Position numbers and translations under genes: made by a program
NCBI GenBank assembly: GCA_964599285.1
Contig: CAZREI010000003.1
Span: 3,595-67,594 of the forward strand
Direction: 5' to 3'
Length of the DNA stretch: 64,000 nucleotides
From: an uncultured Candidatus Saccharibacteria bacterium
GTDB taxonomy: Bacteria > Patescibacteriota > Minisyncoccia > Minisyncoccales > Staskawiczbacteraceae
The notes under the pieces: generated by a model
Database searches by the model: none
What the model was told of the DNA's origin: nothing
Seen by the model: the letters and a program-made list of their open reading frames with translations, nothing else
Shown: piece by piece, positions 34,113 through 43,863 of the stretch
Numbering within the stretch: position 1 is the stretch's first letter
Layout of the letters: each line of letters opens with the position of its first letter

Positions 34113-35111
34113 ATGAAGAAAATATTATTGGCTGTACTGTTTTCGATAGTATTAGTGGGCATAGGCGGTTTGATTGGATATGCCCTTGGTTTTAATTATG
34201 AACAGGAGGTTTTAAATAAAAAATTGGCGGTTATTCGGCCATTGCGTTCAAATGACTCGTCTTACAAGTTTATTAATCCCCTCCTTTTGTATATTATCCC
34301 TTCTTCTGACCAGCAGGCGGGACTTGTCTCTTTGAAAAATAAGCTTAGCGCGCTCATCAGCCAAAATAAAAAAGACGGTCTGGAAGACGCCTCAATATAT
34401 TTTTCGGATCTGAATCATGGCCGATGGATTGGCATCAACCAAAACGATGCTTATAATCCCGCCAGCATGTTAAAAGTGGCGATCATGGTGGCCTATCTTA
34501 AAGATTCGGAAAACAATCCCAAGACCTTGAATCTGATGCTGACCTACACCAAAAGCATAGATGATTTTGTCCGGCAGGACCAGTCTGACACTTTGTCTGA
34601 ATTGAAAATCGGCGGCAGTTATCAAACTGGCGACTTAATCAATAAAATGATTATTAACTCAGACAACGGCGCTGCCTATCTTTTGCTTAACAACATCAAC
34701 CAATCAAGCATAGATTCCATTTTTACCGCGCTCAATCTGCAAAATCCCAATGTCATCGGCAATAGCTACACTATTTCCCCGCGCGAATATTCATTTTTTT
34801 TCAGGATATTATATAGTGCCACTTATTTGTCTGAAACCGATTCCGAAAAGGCTTTAAAAATTCTTTCCGGAGCAACATTCAAAGAGGGGTTGAAGGGCTC
34901 AATTCCCGACACTGTTTTGGCAGCCCACAAATTCGGCGAACGCGTTATTAGTCCGCAAGAAGTTGAGCTCCACGATTGCGGCATTATTTATTATCCAAAA
35001 AATCCGTATCTACTATGCGTGATGACCAAGGGAAGTTCGCTGGATACTTTAAAAAACACTATCAAGGGCATTTCCCAAATTGTTTACCAAAATTACGCGA
35101 GTACACAGTAA
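34113..35111 (+). CDS. class A beta-lactamase-fold serine hydrolase (PBP-like)
   Basis: An N-terminal TM/signal, SMLK (SxxK), SDN, and HKFGE in place of KTG. Confidence 0.65.
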   Translation: MKKILLAVLFSIVLVGIGGLIGYALGFNYEQEVLNKKLAVIRPLRSNDSSYKFINPLLLYIIPSSDQQAGLVSLKNKLSALISQNKKDGLEDASIYFSDLNHGRWIGINQNDAYNPASMLKVAIMVAYLKDSENNPKTLNLMLTYTKSIDDFVRQDQSDTLSELKIGGSYQTGDLINKMIINSDNGAAYLLLNNINQSSIDSIFTALNLQNPNVIGNSYTISPREYSFFFRILYSATYLSETDSEKALKILSGATFKEGLKGSIPDTVLAAHKFGERVISPQEVELHDCGIIYYPKNPYLLCVMTKGSSLDTLKNTIKGISQIVYQNYASTQ

Positions 35112-37436
35112 CTATTTGGGGAGAGTCTGCAAAAATGCTTCCACGTTTTGTTTTGACTGCGGAGAAAGCCGCAAGACAGTCAGCGCTTCCTGGCGAGCTT
35201 TTGCGTATTGGCCGGTTTGGCGATAAAAAAATGCTAGCGAAGAATGGTATTGGGGATTATTTTGGTTTTTTGCAACAAGTTTTTCGTATACAGAAACCAA
35301 ATTTTGATAATCAGAAACAGACCCATAGGCATTTGATAATTCCAATAAACTTGCTTCTGTGGTAATGTCATATCCTTTTTGATTGGATTTTAGTATGGTT
35401 TTGTCGGCATCAGTGCCATCTTTTAAATATATTTTTGAAAGCCCTAAATACCACCAGCAATCTGGGAAAGCGGAATTTATGGTGATGCATTCTTGGGAAT
35501 ATTGTTTGGCACCTTGGTAGTTACCGGCGACTATTTGGAGCTTAGCGAGTCCAACTAATATTTCTTGGTGTCTTGGAGATAGTTGCAGGGCTTTGTTTAA
35601 ATAATTTTTTGCCTCTGTTAACAGGCTGTTTTTTGTTTCAATATTTTTTTCTTGTTCAGCTAAGATAGTTGCAGCGTTTCCTAAAAAAATCCAGTAGCGA
35701 GTATAAAGGGGTTGTATTTTTATGGCCTGGCTAATAACTTCTACGCCTTTTTTTAAATATGCCCTGCTATATTCCGGATAATCACCATTGCAGGATTTTA
35801 CAAAGTCACCGTATTCCAGCCTTGTGTAAGAATCCAAAAAACTATGATATTGCAATTGCATGTCCATTAAGGCAAAGGCCGCGGCGCAATTTTTCTGGTT
35901 GACAAGGTCTTGAGCTTTGTTTGCTTGGCCGTTGATGTAAAAAGGCAGAAGATTGTATTGCCAGAGAAACCATATTAGCAAAATAAATAAGAAAGCAAAT
36001 ATTGTTTTTCTTCCACCGTCATTGCGAGCGAAGCGAAGCAATCTATCAAATAGATTTAACGAGATTGCTTCGCTGCGGCTCGCAATGACGGACGTTTTGA
36101 TTCTTGAATGATCAGTAAGGTACAGACTGTAACCAATGATAAGAAAAAATATAAGATACGTGGCAAAGGAATCAAAGCCAAATAAGTTTGCAATGAAATA
36201 TCCGATTAACGTTGCCTGTATCCCGTGCGCCAATAGTTTTTGATGCTCACTTTCGCTAGCGGATTTTTGCTGATTTTTCAGTTTGTTTAGCTGCCAAAAC
36301 AAGGCGACAAAAAAAAGCAAATAAGTGATTAAAGCAAAAATTCCCGCATCGCTTATTGTTTGAAAAATGATATTATGTGCTTTGTCCCACCAACTGATGT
36401 CGGTATTTAAATAAGGGATGGCAGGATTATAATATTTATCAAATCCAACGGAAAAATTCTCCGGTCCGTAGCCCAAAAGAAGCCTATCTTTTACGATGTG
36501 CAAATCGATCTGCCAAGCGGCAAAGCGCGGGTCGCTGATTAATTTTTTGACTGACAACCTTGATATGATTGGCTCAAATAATCTACTTTGTTCTAGGAAT
36601 TTTGGATATTGATCAATGGCGCTGACATAAAAAATTACGCCACCTGCCAAAATGGCAAGGCCAACAATAATTGGCTTTATAACCTTCATTTTTTTGGGAT
36701 ACAGCAGCAAAAAATACAATAATCCCAGCGCCATGCCCAAATAAACGGCGCGGGCGCCGGATATTAACATAACGTGAAGAAATAGAATCAGAGAGAAAAA
36801 ATAAAAGATTTTTTTTGTTTTACCCGAATGAGAATGAAAGGGTTCTTTTATGCCAAGAGACAATGTGATAAAAGATAACAGCAAAAGATAGGTTGCCAAA
36901 ATATCCGGGTTTCCCATGGTTGATGGCGGCCGGTATGGCGCCGGCGCAAATAAAGAGCCCAAGAGTCCATAGTATTGAATAATAGCTATCAAAGAAACGA
37001 ATACTCCAATAATAATTGAAACGAGCCAGGCGTTTTCCCAATCGCCATTATCAAATAACATAAAGACTAAGATTGCAAAAACAAAATAAAAAGCAAAGGT
37101 GATAAATCCACCGCTTCTATACGGACTTCCCCAAAAACTAAAATACGGATCAACGGAAAAAATGCTCGCTAATAAGAATATGATAAAAAGCGCCGCCAAA
37201 AGCCAAACCAGCACGTTTTTTTTAAGAATTGGCAGGTGAAGTTCTTGTTTTCTGAAAAAATATTGATAAGCAAATAAAAACAAAAGTATTGCCAAAATAC
37301 TTCTGAAAATGATGGTTTTTCCCCAATCTGCCGGAAAAAAATAAGGTGGAAAAGTTAAGATAGGTAGCGCCAATATGATAAAAAAACCTATGGCATATAA
37401 CCAGCGGAATTTATGAGAAAATACATTGTTTTTCAT
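35112..37436 (-). CDS. O-antigen ligase/polymerase-like membrane domain fused to C-terminal TPR repeats
   Basis: About 430 aa of polytopic membrane sequence with a Wzy_C-like loop (..WWDKAHNIIFQTISDAGIFAL..) is followed by TPR-like repeats. Its stop codon abuts the stop of the convergent gene with no spacer. Confidence 0.75.
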   Translation of the reverse strand: MKNNVFSHKFRWLYAIGFFIILALPILTFPPYFFPADWGKTIIFRSILAILLFLFAYQYFFRKQELHLPILKKNVLVWLLAALFIIFLLASIFSVDPYFSFWGSPYRSGGFITFAFYFVFAILVFMLFDNGDWENAWLVSIIIGVFVSLIAIIQYYGLLGSLFAPAPYRPPSTMGNPDILATYLLLLSFITLSLGIKEPFHSHSGKTKKIFYFFSLILFLHVMLISGARAVYLGMALGLLYFLLLYPKKMKVIKPIIVGLAILAGGVIFYVSAIDQYPKFLEQSRLFEPIISRLSVKKLISDPRFAAWQIDLHIVKDRLLLGYGPENFSVGFDKYYNPAIPYLNTDISWWDKAHNIIFQTISDAGIFALITYLLFFVALFWQLNKLKNQQKSASESEHQKLLAHGIQATLIGYFIANLFGFDSFATYLIFFLIIGYSLYLTDHSRIKTSVIASRSEAISLNLFDRLLRFARNDGGRKTIFAFLFILLIWFLWQYNLLPFYINGQANKAQDLVNQKNCAAAFALMDMQLQYHSFLDSYTRLEYGDFVKSCNGDYPEYSRAYLKKGVEVISQAIKIQPLYTRYWIFLGNAATILAEQEKNIETKNSLLTEAKNYLNKALQLSPRHQEILVGLAKLQIVAGNYQGAKQYSQECITINSAFPDCWWYLGLSKIYLKDGTDADKTILKSNQKGYDITTEASLLELSNAYGSVSDYQNLVSVYEKLVAKNQNNPQYHSSLAFFYRQTGQYAKARQEALTVLRLSPQSKQNVEAFLQTLPK
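36018..36089. repeat. inverted pair of CAT cores inside the O-antigen-ligase/TPR ORF (72 bp, in frame)
   Basis: GTCATTGCGAGCGAAGCGAAGCAATCT..AGATTGCTTCGCTGCGGCTCGCAATGAC is translated on the - strand as VIASRSEAISLNLFDRLLRFARND, between the membrane and TPR parts. Confidence 0.85.
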
Positions 37437-37504
37437 TTTATTTTGTGTTATAAATCAAGGAATATACGATTACGTAATCATACAAACTAAAAACCTAAAA
37501 GGCA

Positions 37505-37942
37505 ATGAAAAAAGTAGTGATTACTTCTGGCTACTTTAATCCGCTTCACATCGGACATATGAATTTATTTAAAGAAGCTAAAGAACTCGGAGATTTTTTA
37601 GTTGTTATTGTTAACAGTGACGAGCAGGTAAAAATAAAGGGAAGTGTTCCATTTATGCCGCAAGAAGAAAGGATGGAAATAGTAAGAGCTCTAAGGTACG
37701 CTGACGATGTCGTTTTATCAATTGACAAGGACAGCACAGTTGCAAAAAGCTTGCAAATGGTTGCTAAAAAATATCCCGGCCAATTGCTGTTCGCGAAGGG
37801 TGGCGATAGAAATGCCGACAATATGCCCGAAAGCGAAAAAAAAGTCTGTAAAGAGTTTGGGATAAAAATAATTGATGGAGTAGGCGGTAGTAAAATACAA
37901 AGTTCTTCCCAATTATTAAAAAACGTAATTAAAAACAAATAA
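37505..37942 (+). CDS. cytidylyltransferase-family nucleotidyltransferase (TagD / RfaE domain II-like)
   Basis: The HxGH motif in SGYFNPLHIGH and a size of about 145 aa. Confidence 0.75.
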   Translation: MKKVVITSGYFNPLHIGHMNLFKEAKELGDFLVVIVNSDEQVKIKGSVPFMPQEERMEIVRALRYADDVVLSIDKDSTVAKSLQMVAKKYPGQLLFAKGGDRNADNMPESEKKVCKEFGIKIIDGVGGSKIQSSSQLLKNVIKNK

Positions 37943-37943
37943 C

Positions 37944-38666
37944 ATGAAAAAAGGTAACGGCGTAAACGTAGGCATATTGGGACATGGGGAAATTGGCAAA
38001 TCGGTTGCCAAGTTTTATAAAAATCCCAAAATAAAAGATTTAAACAGAGACGACGGCCTTTACGGTGTGGAAATTTTGCATATTTGCATCCCTTATAACG
38101 AAAAATTTATAGATATCGTCAAAAAAGAAATTAAAGAAGTAAAACCAAAGCTGACGATTATTCATTCAACCTTGGCCCCCGGTACCACAAAAAAAATTGG
38201 GGGAATGGTGGTGCATAGCCCCGTAAGAGGAGTGCATCCTTATTTATATGAAGGCATTAAAACGTTTGTTAAATACATTGGTGCTGACGATAAAAAAGCC
38301 GGCCAGATGGCAAAAAAACATTTAGAGAGTCTTGGTATAAAAACGAAATTAGTTTTTCCTTCAAAAACTAGCGAGCTGGCTAAGCTCCTTTGTACTACCT
38401 ATTACGGCGTTTGCATTGCCTGGCATAAAGAAATGAAAAAAATCTGCCAGCAAGAAAAAGTTAACTTTGACGATGTTGTCACGGAGCTTAACAAAACCTA
38501 CAACGAGGGTTATGTGAAGTTGGGTAAAACAAACGTGGTAAGGCCCGTTTTGTATGTGGACGATAAGCCGATCGGCGGACATTGTGTCGTGCCAAACGCC
38601 AAAATCCTCAAAAAATACTACAAGAGCAAGGCTTTTGATTTAATTTTAGAATATGAAAAGGGGTAA
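37944..38666 (+). CDS. short UDP-glucose/GDP-mannose dehydrogenase-family-like NAD-binding protein
   Basis: N-terminal GILGHGEIG (Rossmann), ELAKLLCTTYYGVCIAWHKEM, and a cysteine in IGGHCV that resembles the catalytic GGxC region. The assignment is tentative. Confidence 0.45.
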   Translation: MKKGNGVNVGILGHGEIGKSVAKFYKNPKIKDLNRDDGLYGVEILHICIPYNEKFIDIVKKEIKEVKPKLTIIHSTLAPGTTKKIGGMVVHSPVRGVHPYLYEGIKTFVKYIGADDKKAGQMAKKHLESLGIKTKLVFPSKTSELAKLLCTTYYGVCIAWHKEMKKICQQEKVNFDDVVTELNKTYNEGYVKLGKTNVVRPVLYVDDKPIGGHCVVPNAKILKKYYKSKAFDLILEYEKG

Positions 38667-39618
38667 AACATATTTGGTGACTGGCGGATCGGGATTTATT
38701 GGTTCGCATCTTTGCGAAAGTCTTTTGAGTAAGGGCAATAAGGTTATTTGTTTTGATAATTTAAGTTCCGGAAAAACGGCCAATATTGATAGTCTTAAAA
38801 AGAATGAAAATTTTGTTTTTATCAAAGGGGACGCCAATAAATTAACAGATTTGGAACCAGTTTTTAAGAAAAATAACAGTGACGGGGTATATCACTACGC
38901 GGCGGTGGTGGGAGTGAAAAGAACCTTGGAAAATCCTTTAGCGGTTTTAAAAGATATTGACGGGATAAAAAATGTGTTGGAACTGGCAGTAAAATATGGA
39001 AAACCAAAAGTGGTTTTTGCCTCAAGTTCTGAAGTGTATGGCGAACCCAAAGAATTACCAGAAAGGGAAGATGGGCCCATTGATGCCAAATTACCATACG
39101 CGTCAGTAAAATTGATAGGAGAAAATTTTTGCCAGGCCTATTGGCAAAAACACCATTTAAAAACGTGTTCATTGAGGTTTTTTAATGTGTATGGGTCAAA
39201 ACAGGAAAGCAGTGATTATGGCTTTGTTGTTGGTATTTTTATCAAGCAGGTTTTGGCAGGTTTGAGCCCGACTATTTTTGGAGACGGAAGCCAGACGCGA
39301 GATTTTGTTTACATTAAAGATAATGTAGAAGCTTCAATGCGGGCCATGGAGCAAGATGAGTCCTTGGGCCAGTCCATCAATATAGGGACTGGAAAGTCTC
39401 TTACCATTCTTGATTTGGCGCGCAGGGTTATTGATTGCGCTGGCCAAACGGGAAAGATACAACCAAAGTTTTCCAACCATGACAGAATGGACATAAAACA
39501 CCGATTGCCGGACATCAGTAAAATGACAAAACTTCTTAATTTTCATCCCACAGTATCTTTAGAAGAGGGACTTAAAAAAACCATGGATTACTACCGTGAA
39601 TCACCAAATGGACGGTAA
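38653..39618 (+). CDS. NAD-dependent nucleotide-sugar epimerase/dehydratase (UDP-glucuronate decarboxylase-like)
   Basis: VTGGSGFIGSHL, SSSEVYG and YASVK (YxxxK). The last 8 codons and the stop lie inside LH copy F. Confidence 0.85.
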   Translation: MKRGKTYLVTGGSGFIGSHLCESLLSKGNKVICFDNLSSGKTANIDSLKKNENFVFIKGDANKLTDLEPVFKKNNSDGVYHYAAVVGVKRTLENPLAVLKDIDGIKNVLELAVKYGKPKVVFASSSEVYGEPKELPEREDGPIDAKLPYASVKLIGENFCQAYWQKHHLKTCSLRFFNVYGSKQESSDYGFVVGIFIKQVLAGLSPTIFGDGSQTRDFVYIKDNVEASMRAMEQDESLGQSINIGTGKSLTILDLARRVIDCAGQTGKIQPKFSNHDRMDIKHRLPDISKMTKLLNFHPTVSLEEGLKKTMDYYRESPNGR

Positions 39619-39766
39619 AAAAAATATTTCTTGTCTTTCCCCCAATTTTTGGCTACAAATTCGCTATAATTTTTCGGCGGAGCCGTTGGCTAAGCCGAAA
39701 AATTCTATCAAATTTCTATCTCAAAAATTGAAGAAAATCCAAAGAAACCATTTTGTGATTCACGGT
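39593..39766 (+). mobile_element. LH element, copy F
   Basis: TIR ACCGTGAATCACCAAATGG / CCATTTTGTGATTCACGGT (1 mismatch). The apex hairpin is identical to copy D. It ends 17 nt before the next ATG. Confidence 0.8.
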
Positions 39767-39782
39767 TATTACAAAAAAAGTA

Positions 39783-40724
39783 ATGGATGTCATCATTGTT
39801 TGCCATACGGAATTTGGGTATGTAAAAAATAAAAAAGTGATTGGTGAAAAAAAAGCCGTTTTTGGAACCAGAGACGGCGTTTTAAATTTAATAAAAATCG
39901 CAGAACGATATAGCGCCAAGGTTTCATTTGCGGTATGCCCAGAGGTTGTAGATTATTTTCCTAAGAACATAATTCATGAAGTTGGCTTGCATGTGCATCC
40001 GGGCTGGGAGGAATTTAAAGAGAACGGAATTCCCTTTACCGTTGGCGATCAATATTTACGGGAACACTGCAAGCAATCTTCAATTTCCACGGTGCTTTGG
40101 GATTATTCTTATGACGAGCAGCTTGATATGATAAAAACCGGCAAAGAGTATATTAGCGCGAAGCTTAACGTAATTCCCAAATTTTTTGTTGCCGGCCGCT
40201 GGTGTGTTAACAACGACACGGTAAGGGCTTTAATAGCCAACGATTTTACGCACGACTGTTCGGCGACGGCTCATTCCAAACCCATGCACCATGATTGGTC
40301 GCGACTTCCAAGAATATGCATGCCCTATCATCCCCGTACGGAAGACTACCAAAAAAAAGGAGACTTGCCATTGTTGATGGTTCCGATATCCCAATCCTTT
40401 CCCAGGGGAAATGTAAATCCCGAAGTGGCTCCCATGGTTGGATTGTCGTGGCTGAAAGCCTGCTTCACCGAATACTACCGGCAAGGTGTCCCGTTGTTTC
40501 ATATTTGCCTGCATTCGCCGTCCATGACCGATAGCTATTTTATGTCAGTCATGGATAATTTACTTGGTTTTATTTCCGGCCACCAACATATCAATTTCAA
40601 ATTTGCATCGGAAATTAGAAAATATCCAGATCAGATATATGCAACAAATCTTCTGCCGTACGTGTCTGCCGTTAATTGGAACATTATAAAATCTAAATGG
40701 AAAACACTTTTAAAAATACAATAA
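39783..40724 (+). CDS. hypothetical protein in glycan locus (313 aa)
   Basis: An ORF with His-rich motifs (HTEFG, GLHVHPGW, HSPSM) that could suit a metal-dependent carbohydrate esterase/hydrolase. I did not recognise the family. Confidence 0.5.
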   Translation: MDVIIVCHTEFGYVKNKKVIGEKKAVFGTRDGVLNLIKIAERYSAKVSFAVCPEVVDYFPKNIIHEVGLHVHPGWEEFKENGIPFTVGDQYLREHCKQSSISTVLWDYSYDEQLDMIKTGKEYISAKLNVIPKFFVAGRWCVNNDTVRALIANDFTHDCSATAHSKPMHHDWSRLPRICMPYHPRTEDYQKKGDLPLLMVPISQSFPRGNVNPEVAPMVGLSWLKACFTEYYRQGVPLFHICLHSPSMTDSYFMSVMDNLLGFISGHQHINFKFASEIRKYPDQIYATNLLPYVSAVNWNIIKSKWKTLLKIQ

Positions 40725-41992
40725 GCAAGATACTGTATAAGTTTTATACGTTTATATTTAAGGAGGAACCGTCGCAAAATATCAAGGTTTTCATAGAAAA
40801 TCTTTGGTATGTCGCGATTGGTTTTGGGTTTTACGCTGTTTTTGCGTTTAGTTTTCAGGTGGCGGCCGGAAGATTCTTGGGCCCAAGCGAATATGGCAAG
40901 TACGCTTTAGTACAGGCCATTTCAATGTTTTTACTTATCCCCATGAATTTAGGCGTCAGTACTGCCCTGATAAAATATAATGCCGAAAAAGAAGATAAAA
41001 AACGACAATCAGAGATTATTTTTACTTCCTGCTTTATTGTCGTTGTCCTTTCGTTTGCATGCTCATTGATTTTTTTTGCTTTTGCTTCCTATCTGTCAAA
41101 GCTTTTTGGAATTTCGATGCCATCGTTTCAGTTGGCAATACTCTTTGCGCTGCTGGGAAACCTTTATATAACCATTATCAGTATTTTCCGAAGTTTGCAT
41201 AAAAATAAAGAATTCTCATTTTTCCAGGCGCTGTACGGATTTTTAGTGGTTTTCCTGCTTCTCTTTTTTATTGTAAATAAGTATGTTTCATTTAGAGGCG
41301 CGGTTTTTGCCACGTATCTTGCTTATGCCACGATATCTTTGCTGTCGGTCATTAGGCTCTACCAGTATTTTTCCTTTAGCCCGAGCAAACTATGGTTTAA
41401 GAAAATTTTACAATACGGATCATACGCAAGCATTGGCGTTACGGCTTTTGCTTTTTTGTCAAACTTTAACGAGCTGGTAATTAACAAATATTTGTCAGTG
41501 TCCGAAGTGGGAATTTATAACGCCTATTATTTTCCTTCGGTTGGCATCCTGTCTATTTTTTTGAGTATTTTTGTTACCGTGTTTTTCTCAACAGCATCCA
41601 AATATCCCAAAAAGGAAATGATTCTAAAAAAAATTGACCGGATATTGCCAAGATTATTTTTAATGGGAGTTCCTGTTATTTTTGTTGTAGAATTTGTCAT
41701 GTTAAAACTGTATGGAAGCAAATACCCGATAGACTACGTGTTGATGTCGGAATTTATATTGACAGGATTTATTATTTTCAGTTATGGTTTTTATGATTGG
41801 ACATTTTGTTCAGAGGGAGTTTACGGGGTGAGGTTATCGGCCCTGGTAGTTTTAGTTGTTGCCGCGGTAAATATCGCACTGGGATTGGCCATGATACCAA
41901 AAATAGGAATACATGGAGCCGTGATTTCGCTGGGAACAGGTTACTTAGCGGGAATAGCGTGTTTTCAATTTTTAAAAAAGAAAATTGCGTAA
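40697..41992 (+). CDS. polysaccharide flippase (Wzx/MOP superfamily)
   Basis: About 12 predicted TM segments, typical size and locus context. Confidence 0.7.
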   Translation: MENTFKNTISKILYKFYTFIFKEEPSQNIKVFIENLWYVAIGFGFYAVFAFSFQVAAGRFLGPSEYGKYALVQAISMFLLIPMNLGVSTALIKYNAEKEDKKRQSEIIFTSCFIVVVLSFACSLIFFAFASYLSKLFGISMPSFQLAILFALLGNLYITIISIFRSLHKNKEFSFFQALYGFLVVFLLLFFIVNKYVSFRGAVFATYLAYATISLLSVIRLYQYFSFSPSKLWFKKILQYGSYASIGVTAFAFLSNFNELVINKYLSVSEVGIYNAYYFPSVGILSIFLSIFVTVFFSTASKYPKKEMILKKIDRILPRLFLMGVPVIFVVEFVMLKLYGSKYPIDYVLMSEFILTGFIIFSYGFYDWTFCSEGVYGVRLSALVVLVVAAVNIALGLAMIPKIGIHGAVISLGTGYLAGIACFQFLKKKIA

Positions 41993-42707
41993 TATGTATA
42001 AACAAAATATATATGACAATATAGACCCGGAGAATTACGAACACCGGAGAAAAAATAACCAAAGGGAAATGTACATATACCGGCACTGGGAGCCCTTAAG
42101 GGTGGCAGCAATTAAAAAGTATTCATCGGGGCTGACTGTTTGTGATTTGGGATCTGGCTCAGGGAACCATGCCCATGAAATAAAAAAATACGCAAAAAAA
42201 GTCGTGGGGGTGGATTCTTCAAGGAACATGTTAGCCTATGCCCAAAAAAAGTATCCTGGTGTTGATTTCATTTTTGCCGACGCAGCAAGTCTGCCTTTGA
42301 AAGACGCGTCGTTTGACGCCGTATTTTCCTTTGGTCTCTTTGAATATGTGGATATAGCCAATGTGTTGGGGGAAGTAAAAAGAATATTAAAACCCAGCGG
42401 CTTTTTAATCATGACGGTGCCCAACCGTTACGGGTTTTCCAGGTTCCCTGTGCGGCTTTTTTACAAAATTTCAAAGAAAAAATATATTCCCCATGAACCA
42501 TCGTTTAAAGAAATGATGGCCCTGTTTGACCGGTTTCATTTTAATGTTATTGATTATACGATGGACGACGGCTTAGTATGGCTGCCGCATTTTCTTGACA
42601 GGTTATGTGGCCAGAAAGTATACGCGTTTGTTGAAAGATTTTTTAAAAATTTCACGAAGAATTATTTTAGCGACGGAATGATGTTTATCGTTGAAAGCAT
42701 TCTGTGA
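41985..42707 (+). CDS. class I SAM-dependent methyltransferase
   Basis: VCDLGSGSGNHA (motif I), VGVDSS, and ASLPLKDASFDAVFSFGLFEYV. Confidence 0.8.
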   Translation: MRNMYKQNIYDNIDPENYEHRRKNNQREMYIYRHWEPLRVAAIKKYSSGLTVCDLGSGSGNHAHEIKKYAKKVVGVDSSRNMLAYAQKKYPGVDFIFADAASLPLKDASFDAVFSFGLFEYVDIANVLGEVKRILKPSGFLIMTVPNRYGFSRFPVRLFYKISKKKYIPHEPSFKEMMALFDRFHFNVIDYTMDDGLVWLPHFLDRLCGQKVYAFVERFFKNFTKNYFSDGMMFIVESIL

Positions 42708-42737
42708 TCTACGGTTAAAATAAAATATAGACCTGTT

Positions 42738-43853
42738 ATGAAAATAGCTATTTTAGTTTCGGCTTTTCCGCCAGTGCATATTGGAGGGGCCGAGATTGCT
42801 GCAAAGCAGATTGCCAAAAGTTTGGCAAAAAAAGGACATAGTGTTTCTGTGATTACGTCTTCTGATAAGGGATTCCCAAGACAGCAAGCCACCGACGGAT
42901 TTTTAGTATACCGAGCTTTCCTTCCAAACATAAAGTATTTGGGGACACTTGTCTTTTGGATAAGCTCTGCATGGTTAATAAAAAAAATAAATCCAGAAAT
43001 AGTCTACGTGGAAATGATTGGAATGGGCATGCCTTGCGTCTTGGCAAAAAATTTATGTAAGATACCTTATGTCGTCCAGTGCCAGGGTTCGGACGTATAT
43101 CTTCCCTGGAAAGGCAAAAAAATTATCTCAAACATCGTTTTACGTAGCGCTGGTGCGGTGGTGGTGCTGACCCAAGACATGAAAGATACCTTGCGGGCAA
43201 CGTTTAAAGGAAATGTTGCTGTCATACCAAATGGCATTGACGGAGAGAATTTTGGCCGTGCTATCATTAAAGACATGCGTCAAGAACTTGCCATAGGTTC
43301 TGGCGAAAAAATTATTATCTTCGTTGGTGGATTAAAACCGATAAAAGGAGTAAGGTATTTAATTGAGGCGTTTGCCATGGTGGCGCAGAAGATGCCCAAT
43401 GCCAGGTTACTTTTGGTCGGAGATGGTCCAGAAAGACAAAATCTTGAGGCCATGGTTATAAAAGAAGGCTTGAAAGAAAAAGTACATTTTGTCGGCAAGA
43501 TTGAAAACGATGCTATTGTTACATACATGATGACGGGCGATATTTTTGTTTTACCCAGTTTGTCCGAGGGTTTTGGAATCGTAAATTTAGAGTCTATGGC
43601 ATGCGGATTACCGATCATAGCTACTAACGTAGGAGGAATACCGGAGATTGTGACCGATGGGGAAAATGGATTTTTGGTCAGCCCTAAAAATCCAGCCCAG
43701 ATTGCAGAAAAAATCTTGTTGCTTTTTACGGATGATAAGTTAAGGGAAAAAATATCAAAAAATAACAAAGAAAAAGTAAAAGAATACGATTGGCAAAACA
43801 TCGTCGCAAAACTTGAAAAAGTATATGGCGAAGTTTTAGAAAATAGTAAATAA
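42738..43853 (+). CDS. GT4-family glycosyltransferase
   Basis: N-terminal PPVHIGGAE and C-terminal EGFGIVNLESMACGLPIIATNVGGIPEIV. Confidence 0.85.
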   Translation: MKIAILVSAFPPVHIGGAEIAAKQIAKSLAKKGHSVSVITSSDKGFPRQQATDGFLVYRAFLPNIKYLGTLVFWISSAWLIKKINPEIVYVEMIGMGMPCVLAKNLCKIPYVVQCQGSDVYLPWKGKKIISNIVLRSAGAVVVLTQDMKDTLRATFKGNVAVIPNGIDGENFGRAIIKDMRQELAIGSGEKIIIFVGGLKPIKGVRYLIEAFAMVAQKMPNARLLLVGDGPERQNLEAMVIKEGLKEKVHFVGKIENDAIVTYMMTGDIFVLPSLSEGFGIVNLESMACGLPIIATNVGGIPEIVTDGENGFLVSPKNPAQIAEKILLLFTDDKLREKISKNNKEKVKEYDWQNIVAKLEKVYGEVLENSK

Positions 43854-43863
43854 GATAAAAATT

